Made by a program: the position numbers and the translations under genes. Source: a bacterium (GTDB lineage: Bacteria; UBA8248). Taken from it: DNA of 64,000 nt. The stretch spans positions 1,760,001 through 1,824,000 of the forward strand of contig OZ241326.1 of the NCBI GenBank assembly GCA_965199855.1, in the 5' to 3' direction. The first letter of the stretch is position 1. Each line of letters opens with the position of its first letter. Below the pieces are notes generated by a model that made no database searches, was not told the DNA's origin, and saw only the letters and a list, made by a program, of their open reading frames with translations. This document shows, in pieces, positions 29,736-40,468 of the stretch.

Positions 29736-31088
29736 GTGAATCAAGAACTGATCGCCGTCCTGACGCAGCTGGAGCGCGAGCGAGGCGTTGACAAGGAGAT
29801 TCTCCTCGACACGCTGAAGGTCGCCATGGCGTCCGCCGCCAAGAAGCACTACGGCCTGGGCAAGAACGTCGATGTGTCGTTTGACGAGCAGACCGGCGAA
29901 ATCGGCGTGAAGGCGGCGAAAGAGGTCGTCCGGATTATCCAGAGTCCCCAGAACGAAATCCTGCTGGATGAGGCGCGCCGGGAGAATCCCGACATTCAGG
30001 TGGGGGATTTCCTTTCGCGCGACGTCGAGACCGTGGGGCTGGGCAGGATCGCCGCGCAAATCGCCAAGCAGGTGATACTCCAGCGGGTCCGGGAAGCCGA
30101 GCGCGCGAACATTTACGCGGAATTCAAGGATCGGGCGGGCGACTTGATCACCGGTTCCGTCTCGCAGGTGGAGCGCGGCAACATCTATGTGGATATCGGG
30201 CGCACGGAGGCCATTCTCCCGCGCCGGGAGCAGATATTCCGGGAAGTCTATAAGCGCGGAGACCGCATCCGCGCCTACATCATGGAGGTGCGGGAGATAA
30301 CGAAGGGCCCGCAGGTGATTCTCAGCAGAACGCATCCCGGTCTGCTCACCCGCCTGTTTGAAATGGAAGTGCCCGAAATCTACGACGGAATCGTCGTCAT
30401 CAAGGGTTGCGTGCGGGAGCCGAGCGGGCGCTCGAAAATCTCGGTCGTGAGCCACGAGCGCGATATCGACCCCGTAGGCGCCTGCGTGGGGACGAGAGGC
30501 AGCCGCGTGCAGTCGATTGTGCAGGAGCTTCGGGGGGAGAAGATCGACATCATCGCCTGGAGCGACGACATACGCACCTATGCGGCGAACGCGCTCAGCC
30601 CCGCCAAGATACAGCACATCACCCTGGTTGAGGACGAAGGACGCATGGAGGTGCTGGTGCCTGACGATCAGCTCTCTCTCGCTATCGGGAAGGGCGGCCA
30701 GAACGTTCGCTTGGCGGCGAAGCTGCTGGGCTGGAAGATCGACCTGCAGGGCGAGGGCGAGTACCGGCGGCTCATCGCCGAGCAGGCGTTTTCGAGCGAT
30801 GAGGGAGACGGCGAGAAAGCCGCCGCCGCGGAAGGGGAGCAGGCGGGCGCGCCCGCGGCGGAAGCCGGCGCGGAGGCGCCCAACGAGCTGGAGGAGCTCG
30901 ACCTCGTCGGCGAGAAAATGGCGCGACTTTTGGCGGACAACGGCTTTTCCACGATTGCGGCGATCGGCGCGGCGTCGATGGAGTCGTTGTGCGAGGTTCC
31001 GGGAATCGGCCCCAAGCGGGCCGCCATGCTCATTGAAGCGGCGCAATCCTATGAAGAGGCCGCCGGCGCGGAGCTTTCCGAGGCGTGA
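29736..31088 (+). CDS. nusA: Transcription termination factor NusA
   Basis: GRIAAQIAKQVILQ, S1 and KH domains, LSLAIGKGGQNVRLA; GTG start. Confidence 0.97.
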   Translation: MNQELIAVLTQLERERGVDKEILLDTLKVAMASAAKKHYGLGKNVDVSFDEQTGEIGVKAAKEVVRIIQSPQNEILLDEARRENPDIQVGDFLSRDVETVGLGRIAAQIAKQVILQRVREAERANIYAEFKDRAGDLITGSVSQVERGNIYVDIGRTEAILPRREQIFREVYKRGDRIRAYIMEVREITKGPQVILSRTHPGLLTRLFEMEVPEIYDGIVVIKGCVREPSGRSKISVVSHERDIDPVGACVGTRGSRVQSIVQELRGEKIDIIAWSDDIRTYAANALSPAKIQHITLVEDEGRMEVLVPDDQLSLAIGKGGQNVRLAAKLLGWKIDLQGEGEYRRLIAEQAFSSDEGDGEKAAAAEGEQAGAPAAEAGAEAPNELEELDLVGEKMARLLADNGFSTIAAIGAASMESLCEVPGIGPKRAAMLIEAAQSYEEAAGAELSEA

Positions 31089-31120
31089 GGTGCCTCATGA
31101 AATGACGGGAGAATGCGCGT

Positions 31121-31684
31121 TTGCCCGAGAGAACATGCGTAGTTTGCCGGAAGAAGGGGGAAGCGAACGTTTTTTTCAGAATGGTCGTCGGGCCGGAGGG
31201 GAATGTCGTTTGCGAGCTGGGCAGCGGGTTGCCGGGGAGGGGCGCTCGTTGCTGCTTCGACGTGCGTTGCGTTGAAGGGCTCACGCGCTCGAATCGCCTG
31301 GAGAACGCGCTCAGGAAAAAGCGTCTCCGCATCGACGCGGACGAGCTGATCCGCAATGCGCGGATGCTTCTCGCCCAGAATATCAAGGGGATGCTGAGCG
31401 CCTCCAGGGGAAAAGGCGTCCTCGCCCTGGGCAAAGAAGCGGCCGTCAACGAGATGAAGCTGTCGAACCCGGGAAAAGCGTTTGTTTCCAGGGATATATC
31501 CTCGAAAAACCTGGCGAACTTGAAGCGCGTGGCGGAAGAGGTTTATAGTTTGCCTTTTGACATGGAGGAGCTGGGAGGACTATTCAGAAGAAGGCCGGTT
31601 GGCGTGCTGTTCGTCGGGAACTCCCTCCTGGCGGACGGTATTCGCCTGCGCGCGATGCAGGAAAAAGCGATGAGCGCAGGCTGA
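31121..31684 (+). CDS. YlxR (DUF448) fused to L7Ae/YlxQ-like domain
   Basis: PERTCVVCR...GRGA..C...C, then G.LALG...ELGGLF.R..VGVL; lies between nusA and infB. Confidence 0.8.
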   Translation: MPERTCVVCRKKGEANVFFRMVVGPEGNVVCELGSGLPGRGARCCFDVRCVEGLTRSNRLENALRKKRLRIDADELIRNARMLLAQNIKGMLSASRGKGVLALGKEAAVNEMKLSNPGKAFVSRDISSKNLANLKRVAEEVYSLPFDMEELGGLFRRRPVGVLFVGNSLLADGIRLRAMQEKAMSAG

Positions 31685-31762
31685 GGCGGGGCATTTGCGG
31701 GGAGCCGCCCCGGATTCCCGTCGGACGAACTTTGAACGCGGAAGGCTTGCGTTGGAGGCTTC

Positions 31763-34021
31763 ATGCCGAACATACGAGTATATCAACTGGCGAAAGAGCT
31801 CGGATACGACAGCAGACCCTTCGTTGAGGAGCTGGCCAAGGAGGGAATCGTAGTCAAAAGCCACATGAGCACCGTCGACGATGAAACGGCGGAACTGGTG
31901 ATGGCGCTTTTCTCCCAGGAAGCGGTGAAGGAACAGAAGGCGAAACCGGAAAGCAGGCCTGAAGCGAAGCCCGCAAGGAAAAAAGCGGTCGCCCGGGATG
32001 AAAAGGCGAGCGGGGCCGACCCGAAAGAAGCGAAAACGGAAGGAAAAGCCAAGTCCCCCGCGCCTGCCCCAAAAGCGGCGGCTGAGGCCTCCGCTCCCCC
32101 CGCGCCCGCCGTTGCCGACAAGAAGCAGGGCGCGGAAAAAGACGGGATTGACGCGGCGGCGCAAAAAGCGTCAGCGAAAGCAGCCTTGCCGGCGGAGGAC
32201 GAAATCGCCGCGCCGCCGCCTGTCCCCGAAAAAGCTCCGGAGGCGGACAAAGAAAAGGCTCCCCGCCGACACGGAGGGCGCGTCCGCATCGCGGAGACGA
32301 TAACGGTGAAGGAGCTCGCCGAGAAAATCAGCGTGAAGGCGACGGAAGTCATCAAGGAATTGATGAAAAAAGGCCAGATGACGACGATCAATCAGATGAT
32401 CGATCACGGCACGGCAACGGAAATCTCCGAACTCTTCGGCTATGAGGTCGAGATATCCAAGGACAACATTGAAGACCTGCTGATTCAGGACGAGGACAGG
32501 GAAGCGGACCTTCAGCCAAGAGCCCCCGTGATAACCATCATGGGGCATGTCGATCACGGGAAAACCAGGCTTCTCGACGCCATCCGCAAGGCGAACGTGA
32601 TGGAGGGCGAAGCGGGGGGAATCACCCAGCACATCGGCGCCTATCGGGTGACGACGGACAAGGGAACGGCCGTGTTTCTGGACACTCCGGGCCATGAGGC
32701 GTTTACGGCGATGAGGGCGCGCGGCGCGCAGGTGACGGATTTGGTGATCATCGTCGTGGCGGCGAATGAGGGAGTGATGCCCCAGACGCGAGAGGCCATC
32801 GACCACGCGAAAGCCGCTGAAGTTCCGATTATGGTGGCGATGAACAAGATGGATCTGGCGGACGCGAACCCCGACCGGGTGAAGCAGCAGCTGGCGACGC
32901 TGGAGTTGATCCCCGAGGATTGGGGCGGCGACACGGTATATTCCGAAGTGTCGGCGAAAGAGAACGTCGGAATTGATGATTTGCTGGACGTAGCCATTCT
33001 GCAGGCGGAGCTCATGGAGCTCAAGGCGAATCCGAACCGTCCCGCCAACGGCGTCGTCGTGGAGGCGAAGCTGGACAAAGGGCGCGGCCCGGTGGCTACG
33101 GTTCTGGTTCAGCGCGGTACCTTGAACGTGAGCGACAATTTCGTGGCCGGAAAATGGAGCGGCAAGGTGCGGGCGCTTCTGGATGATCAGGGGCGCAAAC
33201 TGAAGGTCGCGGGGCCCTCTACGCCGGTGGAAATTCTGGGATTCGCCGGGGTTCCCGAGGCGGGCGATGCGTTTACGGTGCTGGAAGACGAGAAAATGGC
33301 GAGAGAGATAAGCGCCAGGCGCCAGCATCGCCAGCGCATGGCGGCGCTCATGGCTTCCGCGCGCGTTTCGCTGGAAAGCTTCATGGAAAGCGTGGAGGAA
33401 GGCCAGGCGAAAGAACTGAATCTGATTCTGAAGGCGGACGTGCAGGGAAGCATAGAGGCGCTCAAGGAGTCCCTCGGCAAGCTGGGCAACGAGGAGGTGG
33501 GCGTCAAGGTTCTGCACAGCGCGGTCGGGGGCATTACGGAAACCGACGTGATGCTCGCGGCCGCCTCGTCGGCCGTCATCGTAGGGTTCAACGTTCGTCC
33601 TACGCCCGGGGCCACGGAAGTCGCGAAGCGGGAGAAGGTCGATATCCGCTTGTATTCCGTGATTTATGACGCCATTGATGAAGTCAAGCTCGCTCTCGAG
33701 GGGATACTCGAGCCCATCCATCGGGAGGTGGTGCACGGGCACGCGGAAATCAGGGAACTGTTCCATGTCCCCAATGTGGGGACGATAGCGGGCTGCTATG
33801 TCACCGATGGAAGCATCAGCAGAAATTCGGACGCGCGGCTCATTCGCGATAACGTCGTGGTCTATACGGGCAGGATTGCGTCTTTGCGGCGCTTCAAGGA
33901 TGACGTCAGCGAGGTTCAGTCCGGCTATGAGTGCGGAATCGGAATTGAGCGGTATAACGATATCAAGCAGGGCGATATCATAGAGCCGTACACCACGGAA
34001 GAAGTATCCCGGACCCTTTAG
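31763..34021 (+). CDS. infB: Translation initiation factor IF-2
   Basis: GHVDHGKT, GGITQHIGAY, DTPGHEAF, KADVQGS, SLRRFKDD. Confidence 0.98.
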   Translation: MPNIRVYQLAKELGYDSRPFVEELAKEGIVVKSHMSTVDDETAELVMALFSQEAVKEQKAKPESRPEAKPARKKAVARDEKASGADPKEAKTEGKAKSPAPAPKAAAEASAPPAPAVADKKQGAEKDGIDAAAQKASAKAALPAEDEIAAPPPVPEKAPEADKEKAPRRHGGRVRIAETITVKELAEKISVKATEVIKELMKKGQMTTINQMIDHGTATEISELFGYEVEISKDNIEDLLIQDEDREADLQPRAPVITIMGHVDHGKTRLLDAIRKANVMEGEAGGITQHIGAYRVTTDKGTAVFLDTPGHEAFTAMRARGAQVTDLVIIVVAANEGVMPQTREAIDHAKAAEVPIMVAMNKMDLADANPDRVKQQLATLELIPEDWGGDTVYSEVSAKENVGIDDLLDVAILQAELMELKANPNRPANGVVVEAKLDKGRGPVATVLVQRGTLNVSDNFVAGKWSGKVRALLDDQGRKLKVAGPSTPVEILGFAGVPEAGDAFTVLEDEKMAREISARRQHRQRMAALMASARVSLESFMESVEEGQAKELNLILKADVQGSIEALKESLGKLGNEEVGVKVLHSAVGGITETDVMLAAASSAVIVGFNVRPTPGATEVAKREKVDIRLYSVIYDAIDEVKLALEGILEPIHREVVHGHAEIRELFHVPNVGTIAGCYVTDGSISRNSDARLIRDNVVVYTGRIASLRRFKDDVSEVQSGYECGIGIERYNDIKQGDIIEPYTTEEVSRTL

Positions 34022-34058
34022 GCAGCTTCGCGCGCCGTCTTTTGAAATTTTCGCGTCC

Positions 34059-34343
34059 ATGCCCGCCGTTGGTCTTTTGACTATCGACGTTCAGATTCCC
34101 GAGTGCCGCTCCCTCAAGGCGAAGCGCAAGGTGGTGCAGTCGGTAACGGCGCGCTTGCGGCAGCGGTTCAACGTGTCCGTCGCCGAAGTCGATTTTCAGG
34201 ACAAGTGGCAAAGATGCCGCATCGGCGTGAGCGTGGTGAGCAATGACGCCCGATTCGTGGACAGCCAGTTGAGAAAGGCGCTGAACTGCGTTGAGGGAAT
34301 GGGCCTTGCGGTTCTGCTGGATTTCGACATCGAGATTTTTTGA
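34059..34343 (+). CDS. DUF503 (YlxP) protein
   Basis: SLKAKR.V......RFNVSVAEV..QD.WQ. Confidence 0.92.
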   Translation: MPAVGLLTIDVQIPECRSLKAKRKVVQSVTARLRQRFNVSVAEVDFQDKWQRCRIGVSVVSNDARFVDSQLRKALNCVEGMGLAVLLDFDIEIF

Positions 34344-34365
34344 TCCTTGCGAACCTGGGTGAAGA

Positions 34366-34725
34366 ATGAGCAATTCTCGCAGACTGCGCGTGGCGGGTCT
34401 CATACAGGAGGAATTGGCGAATCTGGTGATGAGAGACCTCAAGGATCCGCGCGCGCGGCATGTGGTGATTACGCGGGTGGAGGTGGCTCCGGACCTGAGA
34501 ACCGCGAAGGTCCACTTCAGCCGCTATGGTGAGAATCAGGGGAATCCCGAGGAGATGGAGGAGGGGCGCAAGGGTCTCGAGCGCGCCGGCGGCTTCTTGC
34601 AGAAAAAACTCGCCGAGCGATTGGGACTGAAAAATACGCCGAGGCTGAAATTCTTCGCCGACCACGGCCTGGCGTATAGCGATGAAATCGAGCGTCTGCT
34701 GTCCGGCGTGAAGAAAGAGGTTTGA
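34366..34725 (+). CDS. rbfA: 30S ribosome-binding factor A
   Basis: KDPR, ITRVEVAPDLRTAKV, TPRLKF; synteny. Confidence 0.95.
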   Translation: MSNSRRLRVAGLIQEELANLVMRDLKDPRARHVVITRVEVAPDLRTAKVHFSRYGENQGNPEEMEEGRKGLERAGGFLQKKLAERLGLKNTPRLKFFADHGLAYSDEIERLLSGVKKEV

Positions 34726-34737
34726 GAGGGCGGGGCT

Positions 34738-35673
34738 TTGGATCTCTCAGGGGTGCTGAACCTCGGGAAAAAACATGGGCCCACCTCGCGCGACATGGTT
34801 GACGAGGTGAGGCGGCTGCTCCCGAAAAAAACGAAAGTGGGCCACGCGGGCACGCTCGACCCCATGGCCGAGGGCGTTTTGCCGATTTGCATCGGCCATG
34901 CGACGAAGCTGTTTTCTTATCTGCTGGAGTGCCGGAAGAAGTATCGCGCCGTCATGCTCTTCGGGCGCGTGACGGATACCCAGGACATTACGGGGAAATT
35001 GCTGGCCGAATCCGATCCGGGCGATATCACGCTGCCGCGGGCGCAGGAGCTTCTGAACGCCATGCTCGGCAAGACGACGCAGGTTCCGCCCATGTATTCC
35101 GCCCTGAAGGTCGATGGAAAGCGTCTGCATGAACTGGCGCGCTCCGGCAAGGAAATCGAAAGAACGGGACGGCCGATAGAGGTGTTTCGGATAGAGGCGA
35201 TAAAAATGGAGGGTCCGCAGCTTACCTTTGACGTCGCGTGTTCCCGGGGAACCTATATTCGCGCCATCTGCCACGACGTCGGCGCAGCCCAGGGCGCCGG
35301 CGGGTGCCTCCAGGCGCTTACGCGAACGGCTCTGGGCCCGTTTGACCTAGGAGATTCCGTTTCCATCAAGGACGCGCGGCGCCACGCGAAAGAAGGCCGC
35401 CTTGAGGAAATTCTCGTGCCCCCCGCTCAGGCTCTCGCCCATCTGCCCGCCGTCTATGTGTCTTCCAGGGAGGAGGCGAGGGTTTTGAACGGCGCCGCCG
35501 TCAGGCTGGCAGATGTCCGGCAATCTGTTGATTTGCCCCCGGATGCCCGCGTTCGCATGCTCAGCGAGCCGGGAAAATTGCTGGCGGTCGGGAAGATGGT
35601 GTATGAAAAAAAACAGAAACGGAGCCGGGGGCTCGTGGCGCCTGAAAAAGTATTCGCCTTCCAGGCGGGTTGA
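34738..35673 (+). CDS. truB: tRNA pseudouridine(55) synthase
   Basis: KVGHAGTLDP, TDTQD, PPMYSALKVDG, GTYIR. Confidence 0.97.
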   Translation: MDLSGVLNLGKKHGPTSRDMVDEVRRLLPKKTKVGHAGTLDPMAEGVLPICIGHATKLFSYLLECRKKYRAVMLFGRVTDTQDITGKLLAESDPGDITLPRAQELLNAMLGKTTQVPPMYSALKVDGKRLHELARSGKEIERTGRPIEVFRIEAIKMEGPQLTFDVACSRGTYIRAICHDVGAAQGAGGCLQALTRTALGPFDLGDSVSIKDARRHAKEGRLEEILVPPAQALAHLPAVYVSSREEARVLNGAAVRLADVRQSVDLPPDARVRMLSEPGKLLAVGKMVYEKKQKRSRGLVAPEKVFAFQAG

Positions 35674-35799
35674 GTACGCGATGCGTATTTACATTGAGGG
35701 GAAAGTCGTATAGGATTCGCGCGTTTTTCGGGAAAGTCGCGTGAGAGAACCCCGGAGGCGCCGGGGCCGATACGCCAGGAAGCGGAGGAAGCGAAAGAG

Positions 35800-36069
35800 A
35801 TGCCCCTTGCAAAGGCGCGAAAATCAGAGGTTATCGAGAAATTTCGCACCCATGACGCGGACACGGGTTCGCCGGAGGTGCAGGTAGCTATTCTGACCGA
35901 ACGGATTATCTACCTCACGGACCACTTCAAGACCCACCAGAAAGACCATCATTCCCGAAGAGGGCTGTTGAAGCTCGTGGGTCAGCGGCGTCGCCTCCTC
36001 GATTATCTGAAAGAAAAGGACATCAACCGCTACCGGACGATCATTCAGAATCTCGGTCTGCGCCGCTAG
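35800..36069 (+). CDS. rpsO: 30S ribosomal protein S15
   Basis: [36 protein letters not shown]. Confidence 0.98.
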   Translation: MPLAKARKSEVIEKFRTHDADTGSPEVQVAILTERIIYLTDHFKTHQKDHHSRRGLLKLVGQRRRLLDYLKEKDINRYRTIIQNLGLRR

Positions 36070-36099
36070 GCGCGGCCCCGCCCCAGAGGGAAGTCTCCA

Positions 36100-38235
36100 A
36101 TGACACCATATCGCAAGGACATATCCATCAATGGCTATACGCTCGCCTTCGAGACGGGCGAGATAGCGAAGCAGGCCGGCGGCGCGGTCATGATGCACTA
36201 TGGCGAAACCAGCGTGCTGTGCGCGGCCTGCGCTTCGTTCTCCCCCCGGGAAGGGGTGGACTTTTTCCCGCTTACCGTGGACTATCGCGAATTTTTCTAC
36301 GCCGCGGGCATTATTCCCGGCAACTTTTTCCGGCGCGAGGCGAGGCCCGGAGAGAGGGAAACACTGACCTGTCGTCTGATAGACCGCCCCATCCGGCCTC
36401 TTTTCCCCAAGGAATTCCGTTGTGAGACGATGATTCAAGTGATGGTCATGTCTTACGACAAGTTGAATGATTCCGACATTCTGGCGATCAACGGAACCTC
36501 CGCCGCCCTCCACATTTCCGATATCCCTTTCGCCGGCCCTATCGGCGCCGTTCGCGTCGGGAGAATCGACGGCGAAATCATCGTCAACCCGACCGTCGAA
36601 CAGCAAATCGACAGTGATTTGAACTGCGTCATGGCGGGAACGTCGGACGCGCTGGTCATGGTGGAGGCCGGCAGCTTTGAAGTTTCTGAAGATACCTACA
36701 TGGAGGCGTTTGAAAAAGGGCACGCGGTGATTCGGGAGCTGTGCGCCATGCAGGACGACCTGAGAGCGGAGTGCGGCAAAGCGAAGCGCGTGGTCGAGAC
36801 GGAGGAGGAAGACGCGGAGCTGATGGCGAAGGTTCGCGGAATCGTTGCGCCCAAATTGAAGGCGGCCGCCGGAATTCACGAGAAGGCGGGGCAGTATGCC
36901 GCAATAGGCGAGGCGAAAGCCGCCGCGATTGATTCTCTTTGCGGGGGCGAGGAAGGGGCGCCGGAGAAGGGAGTCGTCTCTGATTATTTCTCCAAAATTG
37001 AAAAGGAAGTGTTCCGTGGCATGATTCTGGATGAGGGAAGCCGCGCGGACGGCCGATCGCTTCGAGCCGTCAGGCCGATCACGATCAGAACGTCCCCTCT
37101 CGCCAGGCCCCATGGCAGCGCATTGTTCACGCGAGGCGAGACCCAGGCGCTGGTGACGGTAACGCTGGGGACTGCTTCCGAGGCGCAGCTGATAGACACG
37201 CTGGACGGAAAGGCCGACAGGACTTTTCTGCTGCACTACAACTTCCCCGGGTTCAGCGTTGGGGAGGCGAAGCCGAATCGCGGCCCCGGTCGCCGGGAAA
37301 TCGGGCATGGCGCGCTCGCTTCCCGCGCCGTCCAGGCGGTTTTGCCCGAACAGGAGGATTTTCCCTATACGATCCGCGTGGTTTCGGACATCACCGAGAG
37401 CAACGGCAGCTCCTCCATGGCGAGCATCTGCGGCGCCAGCCTGGCGCTGATGAGCGCGGGCGTGCCCATAACGTCTCCGGTGGCCGGCATCGCCATGGGT
37501 CTGATCAGCGAAGAGTCCACGGGGAGAACGGCGATACTCACCGATATTTTGGGGCTGGAAGATCATCTGGGCGACATGGACTTCAAAGTTGGCGGCACGC
37601 GCCATGGCATCACCGCCCTCCAGATGGACATCAAAATCAAAGGACTGCGGCTGAGTCTCGTGAGAGACGCCCTGGCGCAGGCGAACGAGGCGCGAATGCA
37701 CGTGCTCGATCAGATGGACAAGGTCATTTCCGAGCCGAAAGAGGAGATATCTCCTTACGCGCCGCGGATTATGACGATGCAGGTTTCCAAGGATCGCGTC
37801 CGGGACGTCATCGGGCCGGGCGGAAAAATCATTCGCGGAATCGTCGAGGAAACCGGGGCGAGCGTGGACATCGAGGATGATGGAACCATCTTCATTTCCT
37901 CTACGGATGAAGCGGCGGCGCTCAGGGCGATAGATATTATTCGAGAGCTCACCCAGGAAGCCGAGAAAGGCAGGATTTATCACGGCACGGTCAGAAAAAT
38001 CATGGATTTCGGGGCGTTTGTCGAGATATTCCCGGGGACGGACGGCCTTTGCCACATCAGCATGATAGCGAAGAAGCGAATCGGCTCGGTGAGCGACGTC
38101 CTGAAAGAAGGCGAGAAGGTTCTGGTGAAGTGCGTGGACGTGGAAGGAAACGGCAGAATTCGCCTTTCGATGAAAGACGTGAGGGAGGAGGAACTGCCCG
38201 AAGAATGGAAGCAGTTCTACGCGCCTGTGACCTGA
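36100..38235 (+). CDS. pnp: Polyribonucleotide nucleotidyltransferase
   Basis: [40 protein letters not shown] and S1 domains. Confidence 0.98.
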   Translation: MTPYRKDISINGYTLAFETGEIAKQAGGAVMMHYGETSVLCAACASFSPREGVDFFPLTVDYREFFYAAGIIPGNFFRREARPGERETLTCRLIDRPIRPLFPKEFRCETMIQVMVMSYDKLNDSDILAINGTSAALHISDIPFAGPIGAVRVGRIDGEIIVNPTVEQQIDSDLNCVMAGTSDALVMVEAGSFEVSEDTYMEAFEKGHAVIRELCAMQDDLRAECGKAKRVVETEEEDAELMAKVRGIVAPKLKAAAGIHEKAGQYAAIGEAKAAAIDSLCGGEEGAPEKGVVSDYFSKIEKEVFRGMILDEGSRADGRSLRAVRPITIRTSPLARPHGSALFTRGETQALVTVTLGTASEAQLIDTLDGKADRTFLLHYNFPGFSVGEAKPNRGPGRREIGHGALASRAVQAVLPEQEDFPYTIRVVSDITESNGSSSMASICGASLALMSAGVPITSPVAGIAMGLISEESTGRTAILTDILGLEDHLGDMDFKVGGTRHGITALQMDIKIKGLRLSLVRDALAQANEARMHVLDQMDKVISEPKEEISPYAPRIMTMQVSKDRVRDVIGPGGKIIRGIVEETGASVDIEDDGTIFISSTDEAAALRAIDIIRELTQEAEKGRIYHGTVRKIMDFGAFVEIFPGTDGLCHISMIAKKRIGSVSDVLKEGEKVLVKCVDVEGNGRIRLSMKDVREEELPEEWKQFYAPVT

Positions 38236-38260
38236 TGAAGCGAAGCCGCTGATGCGCGCG

Positions 38261-38289
38261 AACCGGCCTCTCGGGAGGCCGGTTTTTCA
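38261..38289 (+). terminator. Rho-independent terminator after pnp
   Basis: AACCGGCCTC-TCGG-GAGGCCGGTT followed by T-rich tract. Confidence 0.85.
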
Positions 38290-38378
38290 TTTTTCCCGGA
38301 ACGATGGAGAAACGGCGCGGCTTCTCGGCATGGCGGCGCCTGACGAATAACGCCCCCGGCATATCGCGAGGATGGACA

Positions 38379-39467
38379 ATGGGCAGAAAATCATTGGGTG
38401 TGGGAGTTGTCGGATCCGGCAGAATTGGAACCCTGCGGGCCAGGCTGGTCGCCCGGCATCCGTCTCTTGAATTTTTGGCCGTCTCGGATATCGACCCCGA
38501 TCGGGCGAAGGAACTTGGGGACAAGGTAGGGGCGCAGCTTGCTGCGGGCAGGAATGAAGAGGTCATAGAACATCCCGATGTCACGACCGTCATCGTTTCC
38601 ACGCCGGAGCATGATCACGCGGATTCCATCATCCACGCCCTGGAGCTGGGCAAGCCCGTGCTGGTCGAAAAGCCGATTTCCCTGACGCTGGAGGATGCCG
38701 ACCGCATACTCTCGGCAGCCGAGAAGACGGGCACGGAACTGAGGGTGGGCTACGCCCAGCGATTCAAGCGCCGCTATCAGATGGCGAAAGAGCAAATCAT
38801 CCAGGGAAGGCTGGGAGAAATTCTGGCGGGCACGGGCCGAACCTGCAATACCCGCGCCCAGGGCCTGCAGATTCTCAAGCGATCCCCTCACGCCACGCCC
38901 GTGCTCGACGTGCTCACCTATTGGGTGGATATGGCCTGCTGGTTCATGGAGGGGCATCGGCCCGTGGAGGTGGTCGCCCGCGGAAACGGGAAAATATACA
39001 AGGAGCATGGCTATTCGGCGAACGACGTTACCTGGTCTATCGTTACGTTCGACAATGGAGCCGTCATGAACCTGGGCGTTTTTTACGCCCTGCCCGAGAA
39101 GTACCCCGCGCTGGGCCAAAGCGTGAGGATGGAGATTTACGGGACGGACGGCGTTTTGATGCTCGATGAGGATCATAAGGACGAGATGCTTTACACAGAC
39201 AGGGGAATTCCCCACACGTATATCCCGGATCACCGCGTCAACACGGCGTTTCTGAGCAGCACGACTCCCGGCGACTGGGCGGCGGGAGACTATTGGGGCC
39301 CGTTGGGCGATGAAACGAGAAGCTGGCTGGATCACGTCATCAACGGCCGACCCACAACCCACGCGACGGCCGAGGACGCGCGCCAGACCTTGGAGGTGAC
39401 CATAGCGATGGAGCTGTCGTCGCGGACGGGAGAGGCCGTGGAATTGCCGCTGGGCGAGGGGCATTGA
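38379..39467 (+). CDS. Gfo/Idh/MocA family oxidoreductase
   Basis: GVVGSGRIG, STP...H, VLVEKP. Confidence 0.92.
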   Translation: MGRKSLGVGVVGSGRIGTLRARLVARHPSLEFLAVSDIDPDRAKELGDKVGAQLAAGRNEEVIEHPDVTTVIVSTPEHDHADSIIHALELGKPVLVEKPISLTLEDADRILSAAEKTGTELRVGYAQRFKRRYQMAKEQIIQGRLGEILAGTGRTCNTRAQGLQILKRSPHATPVLDVLTYWVDMACWFMEGHRPVEVVARGNGKIYKEHGYSANDVTWSIVTFDNGAVMNLGVFYALPEKYPALGQSVRMEIYGTDGVLMLDEDHKDEMLYTDRGIPHTYIPDHRVNTAFLSSTTPGDWAAGDYWGPLGDETRSWLDHVINGRPTTHATAEDARQTLEVTIAMELSSRTGEAVELPLGEGH

Positions 39468-39545
39468 AACTTCTCACAAGCCTTCGGCTTTCCGGCTTTG
39501 CATGGGGCGCCGCCGTCTGACGGCGCTTCTTGTCTGGCGCGCCCG

Positions 39546-40361
39546 TCAAATACGCATCAGATCCAGTCCCACGATAATTTCTCCATCGAAAAACCGCGCC
39601 ACTTCTTCCAGGATTTTTTCCTTGGGTGCCATGGGCGGGGTAAGATGGGAAAGAACGACGGCCTTTGCGTTCGCCGCCGCGGCTGTCCTGCCAATTTCTT
39701 CCGTGGTCGCGTGGTGCCCCGCGATGATTTCCGCCATCTGCTCGGTTTGTCCGAGCATCTCGACGATAGATTCAGGGAGGCATGGGTGCATCATCAGGAT
39801 GTCGGTGTCTCTGGCGAATGACGCCAGTTCCGCGGCCGGGCTCCCATCTCCGGCGACGACGATGCTTCTGCCTTCCGCTTCAAAGCGATAGGACAGGATA
39901 TCCTCAACGTTCCCATGGCGCGTGCATTTGTCCGCGTGAATTTTGAGGCCGTCGATTTCGAGGGAATCTCCCCGGGCGATGACGGTCGTCTCCAGGGAAA
40001 GCCCCGCTCTTGGCTTGCCTTCCTTTGCGCGAAGTTCGATGTCGTATTCATAGTAATGAAGCATGCGCCTGACGTGCTGTTCGACGGGGGAGGGGCCGAA
40101 AACGCGCAGCGCTTCCGATGCTCCGAACAGCCAGCGCGTGATGTAGAAATCTCCGAAGCCGGTGAAGTGGTCGGAGTGAAAATGCGTGAAAAAGAGATGC
40201 TCAACCAGGCTGACTTGATAGCCGGCGGCGGCGATTTGGCGCGGAATGTTCCTGCCCGCGTCTATCAGATACAGCTTCTCGCCAAGCGCGATTCCGTTCG
40301 CGTGGCCGCTGGCTTCGGGGGATGGCGGAGGAGAACCCACGCCCAGGAGGATGAGCTCCAT
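39546..40361 (-). CDS. RNase Z-like MBL-fold hydrolase
   Basis: LLG, IDAG, THFHSDH, AGD, HAT, LSHL. Confidence 0.85.
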   Translation of the reverse strand: MELILLGVGSPPPSPEASGHANGIALGEKLYLIDAGRNIPRQIAAAGYQVSLVEHLFFTHFHSDHFTGFGDFYITRWLFGASEALRVFGPSPVEQHVRRMLHYYEYDIELRAKEGKPRAGLSLETTVIARGDSLEIDGLKIHADKCTRHGNVEDILSYRFEAEGRSIVVAGDGSPAAELASFARDTDILMMHPCLPESIVEMLGQTEQMAEIIAGHHATTEEIGRTAAAANAKAVVLSHLTPPMAPKEKILEEVARFFDGEIIVGLDLMRI

Positions 40362-40468
40362 ATTCGCGCCTTTTCAAAGCGTGGAGCGGGAAAGCCGGCG
40401 CCGGGGCGGCGCCTCGGCGAGCGAACCGGCCCGGCTCGATAGTCGCTCCGGGCCGGTTCAGGAGAAGG

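Noticed and set aside
35824-38055. 743-aa minus-strand ORF (and similar ORFs at 10791-12590, 32171-34060, 49632-51908, 59232-60953, 61444-63192)
   Set aside because: Antisense shadows of well-supported genes, expected in GC-rich DNA
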